Shown here: in pieces, positions 1 to 10,501 of the stretch | Layout: each line of letters begins with the position of its first letter | How positions within the stretch are numbered: position 1 is the stretch's first letter | Assembly: GCA_002269645.1 (NCBI GenBank) | Contig: NIVC01004596.1 | Location: 1-41,037, forward strand | Direction of reading: 5' to 3' | DNA length: 41,037 nt | Source: Macrostomum lignano | Taxonomy: Eukaryota | Translations under genes and position numbers: made by a program | Notes under the pieces: generated by a model | Database searches by the model: none | What the model was told of the DNA's origin: nothing | The model's input: only the letters and a program-made list of their open reading frames with translations

Positions 1-264
1 AGAAAGGCTGTTGGGAAATAAAATTCGATAAACCTAAGAAAAATGTACCAGCTTCCAGTGATCTTTAGGCAGGTCAAGAAAGTAAACAGACTGCTAATTT
101 GCTCTAAAAAACTGCTCTCGGCTTAAAGAGTGAAAGCAGACAGAGTCTTTTAGTATCGTGGACTAGCCTTCTGCCCCCCCCCGCGGGGCTTTTAAGACAG
201 GGTCTGTAGGACACTAAAAGGAGGCATTTAATAATATTACGAGCGTTATTCCATATCATTTCAG

Positions 265-3200
265 GTAGCTGTGCTCATTTTGTGCGGCTTTGTTCAGGCC
301 AGCGATATGCTGGAAATCCAGTACGTCAGCTTGGTGAGCCAGCGACTGCAGTGCGTCTGGTGGATCAGCGACTATTGGAAATCGTTCATCACATCGGCTA
401 CATTTATTGGATTATTCGTTGGTGCCTATCTGTGGGGTCCGATGGGTGATAAGCACTGCCGCCGTTCCGTCACTGCAGTCTGCATGGGCTTCATTGCTGT
501 CTACGGCTTCCTGACTGCTCTGGCTCCCAATGTGATCTGGGTGGTGATTCTCCGCTTCCTAGTTGGCACCGGCATTGGCGGAGTGCAGCCACTAACGTCC
601 GCAATGTTCAGCGAGTTCATGACCTCAGACACTCGAGGCATGACCTGGTTTGTGTTTCAGGTGAGAGTCGAAATGCAGTTATTTCCTCGTCTAGGCGACA
701 GGATCGCATCCAGCATCCAAAACCACTGGTAGACTTCCGTTTTTGTTTGTCACTCACCCATGTATTTTGTCTGCCACTCTCCCGTGTCTGTTGTCTGTCA
801 CTCTCCCGTGTCTTTTATCTATCATCCGTCTTTTGTCTGTCAATCCTTGAGTCTGTTGTCTCAAGATTGATGCTGTCTACTTTCTTGCCTTCTGAATTTT
901 CAATGCGAATATAGACTTGGTACGAGGTGTGGCCAAAAAGTAACGATAATTTAGCTACAAAAACTTTCAGAACAATAAATGCAAAGTCAACTGCATCCTT
1001 CAAAGTAATTGCCGCCACTTTCAACACATCGCCTCAATTGCTGGTGCCAGCTCCTGATGCAGCCCTGGAAGTCCTCCTTCATGATGCCCCTCAGCACCCC
1101 TGTCACACTCTCCTTGATGGCATCCAAGTCTTCAAATCTGGATCCTTTGAGAACCTGCTTCACCTTGGAAAGAGCCAGAAATCACACGGCGCCATATCTG
1201 TGAATAAGGTGGATGGCTCAACTCTGCGACCAGTCTTTTGGCCCAAAACTGTCTCAATGTCCCGATGACCAATCGCAGCTGCTTCTGATCGTCAGTGAGG
1301 AACTTTGTCACATCTTTGACGCTCTCCCATCCATCCCGGAATCGCTTGTGCCACTAATACACCCTTGCCTGAGACATAGCATCATCTCTATGTCAAAGCA
1401 CAAAGCAGCTGGAGGCATTCCGATGGCTTCTTGCCGAGTTTCACCAAAAACTTGATGTTGATTAGTTGCTCATTGTTTATTTTGTAACACAGCAGTGTGA
1501 CAGCTATAATGAAAAATAATTTTAAAATTATGAAAACCAAAACACTTCGACACAATACTGCTTCCTATAAAAGCTGAGAAGCTGGGCTTCAAGAAGACAT
1601 CGATTAATTTTAGTAGAAGTTTGCATTTTCAGATTTAAGCAGCAATTCTCGTTACTTTTTGGCCACACCTCGTATACGATACGTTTCTTTGTAGCTGTTT
1701 CACTTGAAGGAACACCACTTTCACGTACGTGGCTGCCAGCACTAGCAGCACTAGCTGACTTTTCCCAGCCGATTTTGGGGAAGGGGTCCGCCCCACTTGC
1801 CACCTGGCTACTCACAGGTGTGTTGGCGCCCCATGATGGTGCTCCCACAATGGCGGACCCAAGGTGGCGCCGCTGGTACTGGATGGCGCTCCCCAAAGAT
1901 GCGGCCCTAAAATAAAAAAAACCTTGGTTATAGCCCTGTCTACTTCCCTAGTAAATTTTCAAAGTAAGAGCTCGTATCAGTGTTCATTGTCGAGTATCGA
2001 GTAGGAATATCTGACCTACTCGGATCGCAATTCTCATAACGCAGGGACTGTGGTGCCTGGGTGGCCTCGTGGAGATCGGGTTCGCCTGGCTGCTGCTCGA
2101 TCTGCAGCACGGCTGGAGATACCTGGCCGTGGTCACGGCCCTGCCAATGCTTTTTCTAAGTCTGCCCTGGCTGCTGTGGCTGCCCGTGTCTCCTAGGCAG
2201 AGTCTGCTTCAGGTAGGTTCGACAGTCGTGAAATCAGGAGTAAGAAGTGTTCGATTAAAAAGTAAGAATCACTTTTTAACTTTAGAGAGCAACTAAGTTG
2301 CGCTTCAATTTGTGTAGGTTCTAAATTTTTCATAAATTTCTCACTTCGTACATTAGTGAACACAGTGAGGCACAAACTGCGGTACTAGGGAAACTAGTAA
2401 GTACACCTAGCAGTTGAGGTTTGTCCATTATTGAAGCTTGATAAGAAAAATCTGACCTAGCTGCAACAACGTGTCTATAATCGCCTGGTGTCACCCGTTG
2501 AAGGGGCCGACGGCGTCTGGATGACGGCCGAATGCTTGGGAGACTAGCTGAGGATGCCCAGCAGTAGAGGTTTGCTCACTTTCGTGGCTTGATCAGCAAT
2601 ACTAAAGAAATTAGAAATACAGTGTCCATAGTCAAATTACTTATGGCTCTCTGAAGAGACGTACACTGGCGAAAACTTGCTCAAAAGTGTGCAAAACCAT
2701 CCAATTTAACCCTAGAGCTAACAGCATGCTGTTTATTTGGTCAAGTGGCCCTGGCTTTCCGATACCGTACGAGTATTTGTCCAAATTGAACGCAAACCAC
2801 ACAGCCCAAAAAAGGAAAAATAGACAAGGTAAATATTTTCTTGTCAAAATTTCTACAGGGCCGCCTAGCAGAAACTCGCCAGGCGTTGAACAAAATGGCC
2901 GACATGAATTCGCAGCCCCGCTACCTGGGCGACTTCACCGTAACAGATCTGCTGCAGGGCAAGCAGAAGAACGGCAGAATATCCGAGCTGATTCGGCCAG
3001 ATACCTACCTGCGACTGAGTCTGCAGCTGGCCTTTATTTCGTTTGTGGGTGGGTTCAACTACTACGGAATGATCCTGCTCAACGTGCAGGTGCCGCTCCT
3101 ACTCCATGAACGCTGCGTGCTGACCGACTCTGCCACAAATGTGACTAGAGCTTCTCCTTGGCAGCCGGGGCTCGATCGCTCCTGCCACAGCTGCTCGCCG

Positions 3201-5948
3201 TTCAACTATATCGAAATGCTGGTGCGTTGCCGCTTGAAGACTTGTTCACTACGCTATCAAACGAGGCCGACCTGAGAAAATAATGAATGCGCATTTCGGT
3301 CGCAGCAGATCAACAATAGAATATATGTAGCTCGTAGTTTATCTCCGATTTTACTCTTTTTTAGAGGTAGGGGGTTGTGTGCACCCTGGCGCACTTTAAG
3401 CGACATAGGCACACAACCGGCGAGAGGCATTGCTGCCCATTCCGCCGACTCCCCTGAGAAGGCACACAAGCGCGCGGATACGTACACAGTCATACGCACA
3501 GGCACACACTCACACAGGAGTGTACAGCGGCCCTAACTTTGGCATGTACACTTCACTGCGCCTTGGGGGGTGGCTCTCAAGGCCGTTAATTGCACGAGCA
3601 GAGCCAAGTCGAGATTCCAATTCATCCCCAAATTAATGTGACTGCACTTGGAATCGAGCCTGGGTCGCTGGCATACCAGAGCCTGCGCTACCGCTGGGCT
3701 ACGGCCCCCCTGATTTTACTCTGAAATATGTTATAGTTTGTTCTTTTACTTAAAAACTACTAGCTGGTTACACACAGCTAATTCGGGGGAACTAATGGCT
3801 TCTGATTATACGGGAACGAGAGTATTTGTTATAATGTAATATATTTTTTTAGATGTAATGTATCATAAAAGAGCTAAAGTGGGAAGCTTGAAATTTACGA
3901 CGAAAGACGTCGTCAGAGCGTCTTTCAAGACGAAAAATTCCAAGGTCGTAGCATGTGAGGGAGATTAGCTCAGTGATAAACACGTCTTGAACTCTCACGC
4001 CACGACCACATGGTTCGATTCCCACATTCCCGCATTCAGTTGGGGCTTGTGTGTACAAAAATTGACCGGCGGGTTGTGCGGGTTGGCCCTGTGTGAGCGT
4101 GTATACGGCTCGTATGTGCTCAGGGTCAGCGGAATGAGGAGAGTTGTGATCTTAGAACGACGCCCACAACCTTTTTCAACATTGTCATTATTATTATCTT
4201 AAAAAAACTCAGAAAAATTGCAGAACTCCACTACTCTGCCATATTTCAGATTCCTACAATGCCGACCTCGTCACTGCGCTTGTAAACGCTTTTATTATCG
4301 AACGCTTCCTCGGTCGCCGTCTCATCATGGCGATCGCATTCTGTCTGGCCTCCATCCTGATTCCCCTGCTGAGCTGCTGCATGGACAGCTCCGCTAGAAT
4401 CGTTCTGTTCTTTGTCATTCGCTTCTTTATAGCCAGCGGCTACGATGTGGTCTGGCTGTACGTTCTGGAGGCTTACCCGACGTCTCTGCGATCAACTGCA
4501 GTGGGTTTTCACTCGTCATTCAGCCGGATCGCCTCAATTCTGGTGCCCTATGTGGCCCAGATTTTCATCACCCGGGTGTCTCTGCTCGGCGGGCTGCTCA
4601 TCTTCTCTGGACTGTTGGCGCTGGCCACTCTCAATGCCGCACTGCTCCCCATAGAGACCAAGGCTATGCCGTTGGCGCAGACGCGGTCGCCTCAGCAGGT
4701 AAACGTAGTTGAAATAATGCGCTTTAATACCTCGTAGGTTTTAGCTATTTCTAATTTCAGTTGAAAGATGTTAGCTTCATATATAGAAAACATGTATGGT
4801 GCCTAATAATAATAATAATAATATAGTAATTGTTGACTACACCTGCCCCAATAAGGCAGATGTGCAACCGACAGCTCAGCCGCAGCTATTGCACGGCGCA
4901 TCTGAAAGCTGCGTACGGCTGTTCAGTCCTAGGACTGGGGGGTCGCCACACACCCAGAATTACCCCAGCTAATGCTGGCACCCATTTTACAGCTGGGTGA
5001 ACTGAAGCAATGCAGAGTTAAGTTCTTGCTCAAGGACACAAATTGTTTCGAGTGGGATCGAGAATCGAACCCCCGACCTTCAAGTCGTGAGTCCGACGCT
5101 CTAACCATTAGGCTACAACCTATGGTGTTTAATATAGTTTCAAAGCTTGTTTAGGTATTTTCGTTAAGAAAGATTCTTCCGTCGAATTTAATACTCATTC
5201 CAAAATTGTTCAGATATACGTTTCTGCACTGAAGTTTATGAGGCATCTGAAGGTATCTTTCAGTGTAATTTCGTTTAATCAAGGCCAATGAGTCGTTTAA
5301 AGTCCTTGAATCAACTGGACGACTCCCTGAGCACACCCATGGATCCCTCTTCTGGGTGTATCTCTTACGGACCTACCAGTACTCTGTCAAGGACTAATTT
5401 CAGAGTCCATTGCTATCTGCCTGGACTCTTTTGAATCGTCATTTACGAAACAACTTTGCTCTTCTTTCTTGAAAGTTGTTAATTTAAAAGCTTGAGCACG
5501 AAAATTGACCGGCGGGTCGTGCAATTCACACCCCTGAGGGCGAACCCCTAGGGCCGCAATGCAACCCTGTGTGAGCGTGTGTATACGCTGGTAAGTGCGT
5601 GCCTGCGTACAATATCCGCGGATGTCAGGAGTGTATCGAAACGCCTCAACGCCGGCTGGTCGTGATGACCACGTCACCAGGGTTCCCACAAGCCTTATTT
5701 TGTTTTTTCTAGGCTCATTTATTATTAAAATCAAATCATGTTAAAGATTGTTTGGTAAAACATTTGAGCCTTCTGTCTTCGACTCTGACACTACTTTCTA
5801 ACACATTATCAACTTCTAATTAATTAACTATTTCCAGATCGCTGCTGACTCCTCCAACGAGAAGCAAATGATGATGGCAAAGTCGGACGAGGCAGTCCCG
5901 GGGCATCAGGGCTACGGCAGTGTGAACACTCCCACAAAGATGGATTGA
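265..5948 (+). CDS. SVOP/SV2-related MFS transporter, paralog 1 (first coding exon lies upstream of the window; apparent 1-nt frameshift)
   Basis: GT-AG exons 265-660 (396 nt), 2045-2212 (168), 2859-3221 (363), 4250-4698 (449, versus 450 in paralogs) and 5838-5948 (111, ends TGA). Peptides such as WGPMGDKHCRRS, LRFLVGTGIGG, GWRYLAVVTALP, YVLEAYPTSLRST and LPIETK match SVOP-type MFS motifs. One base is missing at about 4259-4260 relative to IPTLADL in paralogs 2 and 4. Confidence 0.85.
923..1672 (-). mobile_element. Internally deleted mariner DNA transposon in an intron of paralog 1
   Basis: Perfect 24-bp TIRs CGAGGTGTGGCCAAAAAGTAACGA (923-946 and 1649-1672) flanked by TA (921-922, 1673-1674). 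Minus-strand remnants read INIKFLVKLGKKPSECLQLL, WHKRFRDG, HPPYS(P)DMAPCDFWLFP (1181-1215, frameshifted) and RCVESGGNYFEG. The central catalytic region is missing. Confidence 0.92.
3358..3711 (-). mobile_element. tRNA-derived SINE, family A
   Basis: Minus-strand head GGGGCCGTAGCCCAGCGG...GGCTCGATTCC (A/B boxes), A-rich tail and 11-bp TSD GATTTTACTCT (3347-3357, 3712-3722). A closely similar copy lies at 35474-35832. Confidence 0.88.
3957..4198 (+). mobile_element. tRNA-derived SINE-like element, family B
   Basis: TAGCTCAGTG A-box, GGTTCGATTCC B-box and (ATT)n-like tail. Body segments AAAATTGACCGGCGGGT and CCCTGTGTGAGCGTGT recur at about 5501-5590. Confidence 0.55.
4802..5120 (-). mobile_element. 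tRNA-derived SINE, family C (CORE-like central domain)
   Basis: Minus-strand head GGTTGTAGCCTAATGGTTAGAGCG...GGTTCGATTCTCG, body TCCTTGAGCAAGAACTTAAC...CAGCTGTAAAATGGG, (TTA)n-type tail and TSD TATGGTG (4795-4801, 5121-5127). A second copy lies at 22739-23050. Confidence 0.85.
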
Positions 5949-6399
5949 AAAGTCTTTGTATTTTCGTGATTTATTTCAGCTATTGTAATGATAGCTATAG
6001 CTCACAAGCTCGTATGTTAATATGGAAGAGGTCCTCTCACATTGTTTTCGTACCAAGTTCCGATGTAATATGTCCCAAAAAATGTTTTATTGCTTTTCTG
6101 CTATACTATAACAATCGAAGCGAGTATTATACTTTATTAAGGGAAATTATATTCGACCAATTATTGCTTAGCGTACAATGAAAATTGCATTTTTAAATTT
6201 ACTTGACGTGGCTAAGATCAGGTGCTAGGAAGTTATAGAATCTGCAAAAGCTTTGATAAAGTTCACGTGATCGGTCATTAACTGACATGTTAAAAATAGA
6301 CAAGAACGTCCAATCAACTGCTGTAGTCAGTTGAAGCAAAATCAGAGTCTTCTCAATGCTGGCCTAGCGCGGGTGCCACAGCGGTACCGGCTGATTCTA

Positions 6400-7106
6400 G
6401 TGCAAATCCCGACGCTTCGACACTAGACTCTGCAGACAAAAGTTCAATTTGCAGACTATAGATTGTTCCATGACAATGGAGGAAAGAATGAAATTGAGTG
6501 CTAATCTGTGCCAGTTATTTTGTCTCGCTCGAGCAGGTACCGAGTGGTTGGCTGGAACGGGTGGACGTATCGTCTCACACCAGAGGGAGGCGGTGGTATT
6601 CCGGCACCACAACCGCTTGGAGCTGACACCAGAGAGCAATCGGTTTCAATCACAGACAAAGTCGACAGTACAGGAAAGTGATCGCAAAGGGAAAGCCACA
6701 CATGTACACGTACCTAGCTCGGACATAGACACAAGTGATTCCGAAACAGATGACGATCTGGGGAACGCTCGCACCGTGAGAATCGCTGAGGCTGCTGCGC
6801 CCTCCTTTTCAGATCTCCGGCGGAGCCGACGGGTCGGCCAACAACGCCAGCTACTTCAAGTGAATCCGATTGGGACGAAACGGTACTACAAGGCGCCCCC
6901 AGCGTCGGATATTGAATTGACAGTACCCGCATTTCACTGTTTCGGTGACGCCTTGGCAATGCATGCGTATAATACTGACATGAAAGTTCGAGTTTTTTTC
7001 GAGGGGAGGAGTGTCATGAGCAGAGAGTAATATAGGACACTGTGTACGCTGTGTACCCCTGGGGCGTGTGTACGTTAAGGGGGTTGTCGCAAATAGTTGC
7101 AAATAT
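6400..7106 (+). mobile_element. Ty3/Gypsy fragment A: integrase C-terminal tail, PPT and start of LTR
   Basis: ORF 6449-7030 contains WLAG...FRHHNRL and LRRSRR...LQVNP, typical of Gypsy integrase tails. Purine tract GAGGGGAGGAG (7001-7011) is followed by TGT at 7012. Segment 7034-7105 is an inverted copy of 9197-9269. Confidence 0.7.
7001..7011 (+). other. Polypurine tract of LTR retrotransposon
   Basis: GAGGGGAGGAG lies immediately before TGTCATG (candidate LTR start) at the end of an integrase-like ORF. Confidence 0.65.
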
Positions 7107-9270
7107 GTAACACAATGCGTCCCTAAACATAAGATCCCCCAAAACGACGCTCATTAACCGCTGAAAACTGGACGGCATACCCGACAAGCCAAACCGAAAA
7201 CCTCTCTCCCATTAATACTGACCCCATGGTACCACAAACCTAGTTAGATGCTTATCCTCGTCCCGCAGCGGCATCTGATAGTACCCGGACTTGGCATCCA
7301 GCGTCGAGAAATAGCTACCTTCCCCCTAGCCTGTCAATCAAATCCTCGATGTGCGGCAGTGGATGCATGGTCGTAGGGACCTTGCATTGAGCCCTCGATA
7401 GTTTATGGCAAGCCTGAGCCGTCCACCTTTCTTCCTGGCGCAAACGATCGGAGCGGCCCAGGGTGACGAGCTCGGCCGTATCAGCCCAGTGTCCGCTAGC
7501 TTCTCGATCTCACGCCGCACTTCCTCTTCCTCAGTGGGAGAGAGCCGGCGCGCTTTTGCGTGAAAGGGGACGGCCTCTGGCTTCAGCTGTATCATGTGCT
7601 GCACCCGAACATCAACTAATGGCAAGCTCTCGCCCTCCTTTCACATCACACGTCATCAAACTCTTCTAAGAGAGCATTAATTTCCTCTTGCTGCTGACCT
7701 GTGAGATCTGGGTTCACCTTGTAGGAAACGTTTTCCGTTTGCAGGTGGTGACCTTGTTATTTTCGTCGAAGCCAAGCTCACTGACGCCACTGCGGAGGTT
7801 CGGGCAACGGGAACGCCGGACGGCACCTCGACAACATCCTCAGACCCATTCCGAAGAAAGGACCGCTACCCTTCTATCAAGCTCACAGCCAACCGATGTA
7901 GTGACCATCAATGCAGAATCATTCTCGTCGTCGTTATATCAACCAAGTAGGCCAGACCGGCACTTAAGTGAGAAGCATGACACTCAACTAGAGCCTCTGT
8001 CCTCGGCGGCAGCGACGTCTTTTCCGCCGTCAAAAGCATGCAGGAACTAAAGTCTTGCCGACTGGGAGATTTCAACAGAGGGACGACTTGATGCGTCGCC
8101 TCAATAGTAAGCGTTGAGTTTTTAAGATCAAAAGTCAGGTTCCCCAGCTTACAAAGCAAGTCCACTCCAAAAATCGACGGAACCACCATGTTGCTGACCA
8201 CCAAGAACTCATGCTCTAACCTCCGACCACCAATATCAAACGGCAGAAAAGCCTCACCCCTAAGACTCAACAGTCCTCCGTTCACACTCTGCAACGATGT
8301 CTGTGGCAAGTGGTGTACTAATTTTGCCCCCAACTGCTTGCTCAGCTCTTCACTAATGATGCTGTAGTCGGCCCCTGTGTCAATTAAGCTTATCACTGAC
8401 CTACTGCCCGTTCGGATGTCCGTGTACGGGCTCCGAATCATGCTCCGGCCGGGTGAGCTCTCAAACCGGACAAACGAAGAATCGTGCGTGCATGCCCCAA
8501 CATTGTTAAAAGCCATAATGTGAACCCCAGACATCCCATCTGCACTCACCACATTCGCTCTCCCAGGTGCCGATGCCGGCCGCCAGCTTGGATTCTCCCT
8601 TAGTCGCTTGAAGCACTTTTGCCATCCCCAGCGATGGGTGCGCGGCAGTACCAGCAGTCAACGCGTCCACCATCGCCCGCGCCGCCGTTGGGCGCTGTCC
8701 ATGGCGGCCAGTCCAGCTGTTGACCTTCTGCGTCAGGGCTTCAACTGCGGCCACAATGCCGGACGGTTCCGCCACTTCAACACCACAACCGATCCGCAGC
8801 ATCGCTTCCGCCGCTTAGGCCACCTTCAAAACTTCATCGTAGGTCTTTGCTGCCCGTCCGTCTGATTGCATCCAACCCTGACTAAGCACTTCCTTGCGTA
8901 CTTCTGCATTTTGGATATTCGAGATGAACTTCCACAGAACGCGGGACCTCAACGTGTCCCCATAGTGTTGGCCTTAATGACTAGGCCCACATGCTCTCGG
9001 AACGCAATCCAAGCTGGCAGGGACACGTCTTCACCAAAACTACGATTCAGCCTGCACTCATGCGACTGGCGTAGCGCAGGGGACGATTCGTCACTGGACA
9101 TAACACGCTGCCACCAATGTGAAGACCTAAAAAACGCGTAGTTTGTCAATACTATAAAATGTGCCGGCTTACAAGCCGAGACGCGTATATTTTTCTTATT
9201 TGCAACTATTTGCGACAACCCCCTAAACGTGCACACACCCCCAGGGGTACACAGCGTACACTGTGTCCTG
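7107..9270 (-). mobile_element. Ty3/Gypsy fragment B: 5' LTR part, PBS, gag, aspartic protease and N-terminal half of RT (degenerate)
   Basis: The LTR ends ...TCTTCACA at 9118 and is followed by a PBS. A gag-like frame starts MSSDESSP. Protease motif LIDTGADYSII lies in ORF 7908-8552. RT reads SSPWAAPIVCARKKGGRLRLAINYRGLN, HPLPHIEDLIDRL, FSTLDAKSGYYQ, FGLSGMPSSFQRLM and breaks at ALCY (7109-7107), just before the expected YxDD. Confidence 0.9.
9106..9116 (-). promoter_or_regulatory. Primer-binding site, probably tRNA-Leu
   Basis: TGGTGGCAGCG lies 1 nt after the LTR-terminal CA. It is complementary to the remembered 3' end (...CGCTGCCACCA) of metazoan tRNA-Leu(AAG/UAG). Confidence 0.7.
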
Positions 9271-9276
9271 TGTATC

Positions 9277-10490
9277 GCATCACCGTATGGCATTGGGGCT
9301 GTGCTCGAGCAGAGCAGCGGAACACTACTCTTCATCTCCAAAACACTGAGCCAAGCAGAGCTGAGAGGAACTATGCACAGACCGAACGTGATGGTTTGAC
9401 CATTATCTGGGCTGTCAAGCGCTTTCACAAATATCTGTATGGACGCAAGTTCACACTGCTGACGGACCATCATTTATTAAAGTATATTTCGATCCGGAAA
9501 AAAATCATCAGCACTGTGGCATCAGCCCGGATTTAGTGATGGGCCATTGCTCTATGTCTAACAGTTATGAAGTCGAGTTTCGCCGATTGGAAGAGATCCT
9601 GGTGGCCGACGCTCTATCAAGGTTGGAGTCAACATGCACCGAGTCATAACAGTTTGATGTAAGCTCTGTGCAAGACACGATACTGCATTTTCCATTGTAC
9701 GGATGGACTGAAAGAGGGAGGACTCAAGCGAGAGACTTCTCAAAGCTTCACGCGGAGTTTTCTATCGATTGTGGAATTCTGTTTAAAGGAATCGGAATTG
9801 TGGTCCCAATGTCGTTGCGTGGACCGTATGTTCTGAGCAAACTTCATGATGGACATCTGGGGGCCCATAATATGAAATCCATAGCTCGACAGTGCGTGCG
9901 GTGGCCTTCAATCGACCCGGACATTGAACTCAAAGCCAAACCATGCACAAACTGTCAGATGCAAAAGGATCACACGACAGGAGGCTGGGTTTCATGGCCT
10001 CCGGGGGCGCGTGCACATCGACTTCGCTGGCCCCTTAAATAACGGCAAATTCTGCTTGATCATGATTGATGCTTACAGCAAGTGGGCGGAGGTCCATCTG
10101 ATGAGTTCAATCACCACCGACGACACGATTCTTCGACTTCGTCGCACATTTGCTCAGGAGGGAGTCATTGTCATTATCATTGTCATTGTCAGGAGTGAGT
10201 CTGTCATTGTCTCGGACAACGGACCTCAGTTTGTCTCGAAAGAGATAGAAACCTGGTTCTGAGCAATTGGCTGTAAACATCTTTTGATGCCACCGTACCA
10301 TCCTCGCTCAAATTGCATAGCGGAAAGATAAAAAAATCCGGGACATAAAAAATCTTCACGCAGCCTTTGACCAGAATGACATGTAAGCCAGTATTGACAT
10401 GTTTTTGCTACAATATAGAAATTCAAAGCATTCAGCAACTGGCATGTCACCAGCGGAACTGATGAGAGGGCATCTGCTGCGCGGCCCAGG
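9277..10490 (+). mobile_element. Ty3/Gypsy fragment C: RNase H and integrase zinc finger/core (degenerate)
   Basis: [61 protein letters not shown]...CTNCQ (HHCC), VHIDFAGP, IVSDNGPQF, YHPRSN and YRNSKHSATGMSPAELM, with several frameshifts. Confidence 0.9.
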
Positions 10491-10501
10491 CCCCAGTCAT
10501 T

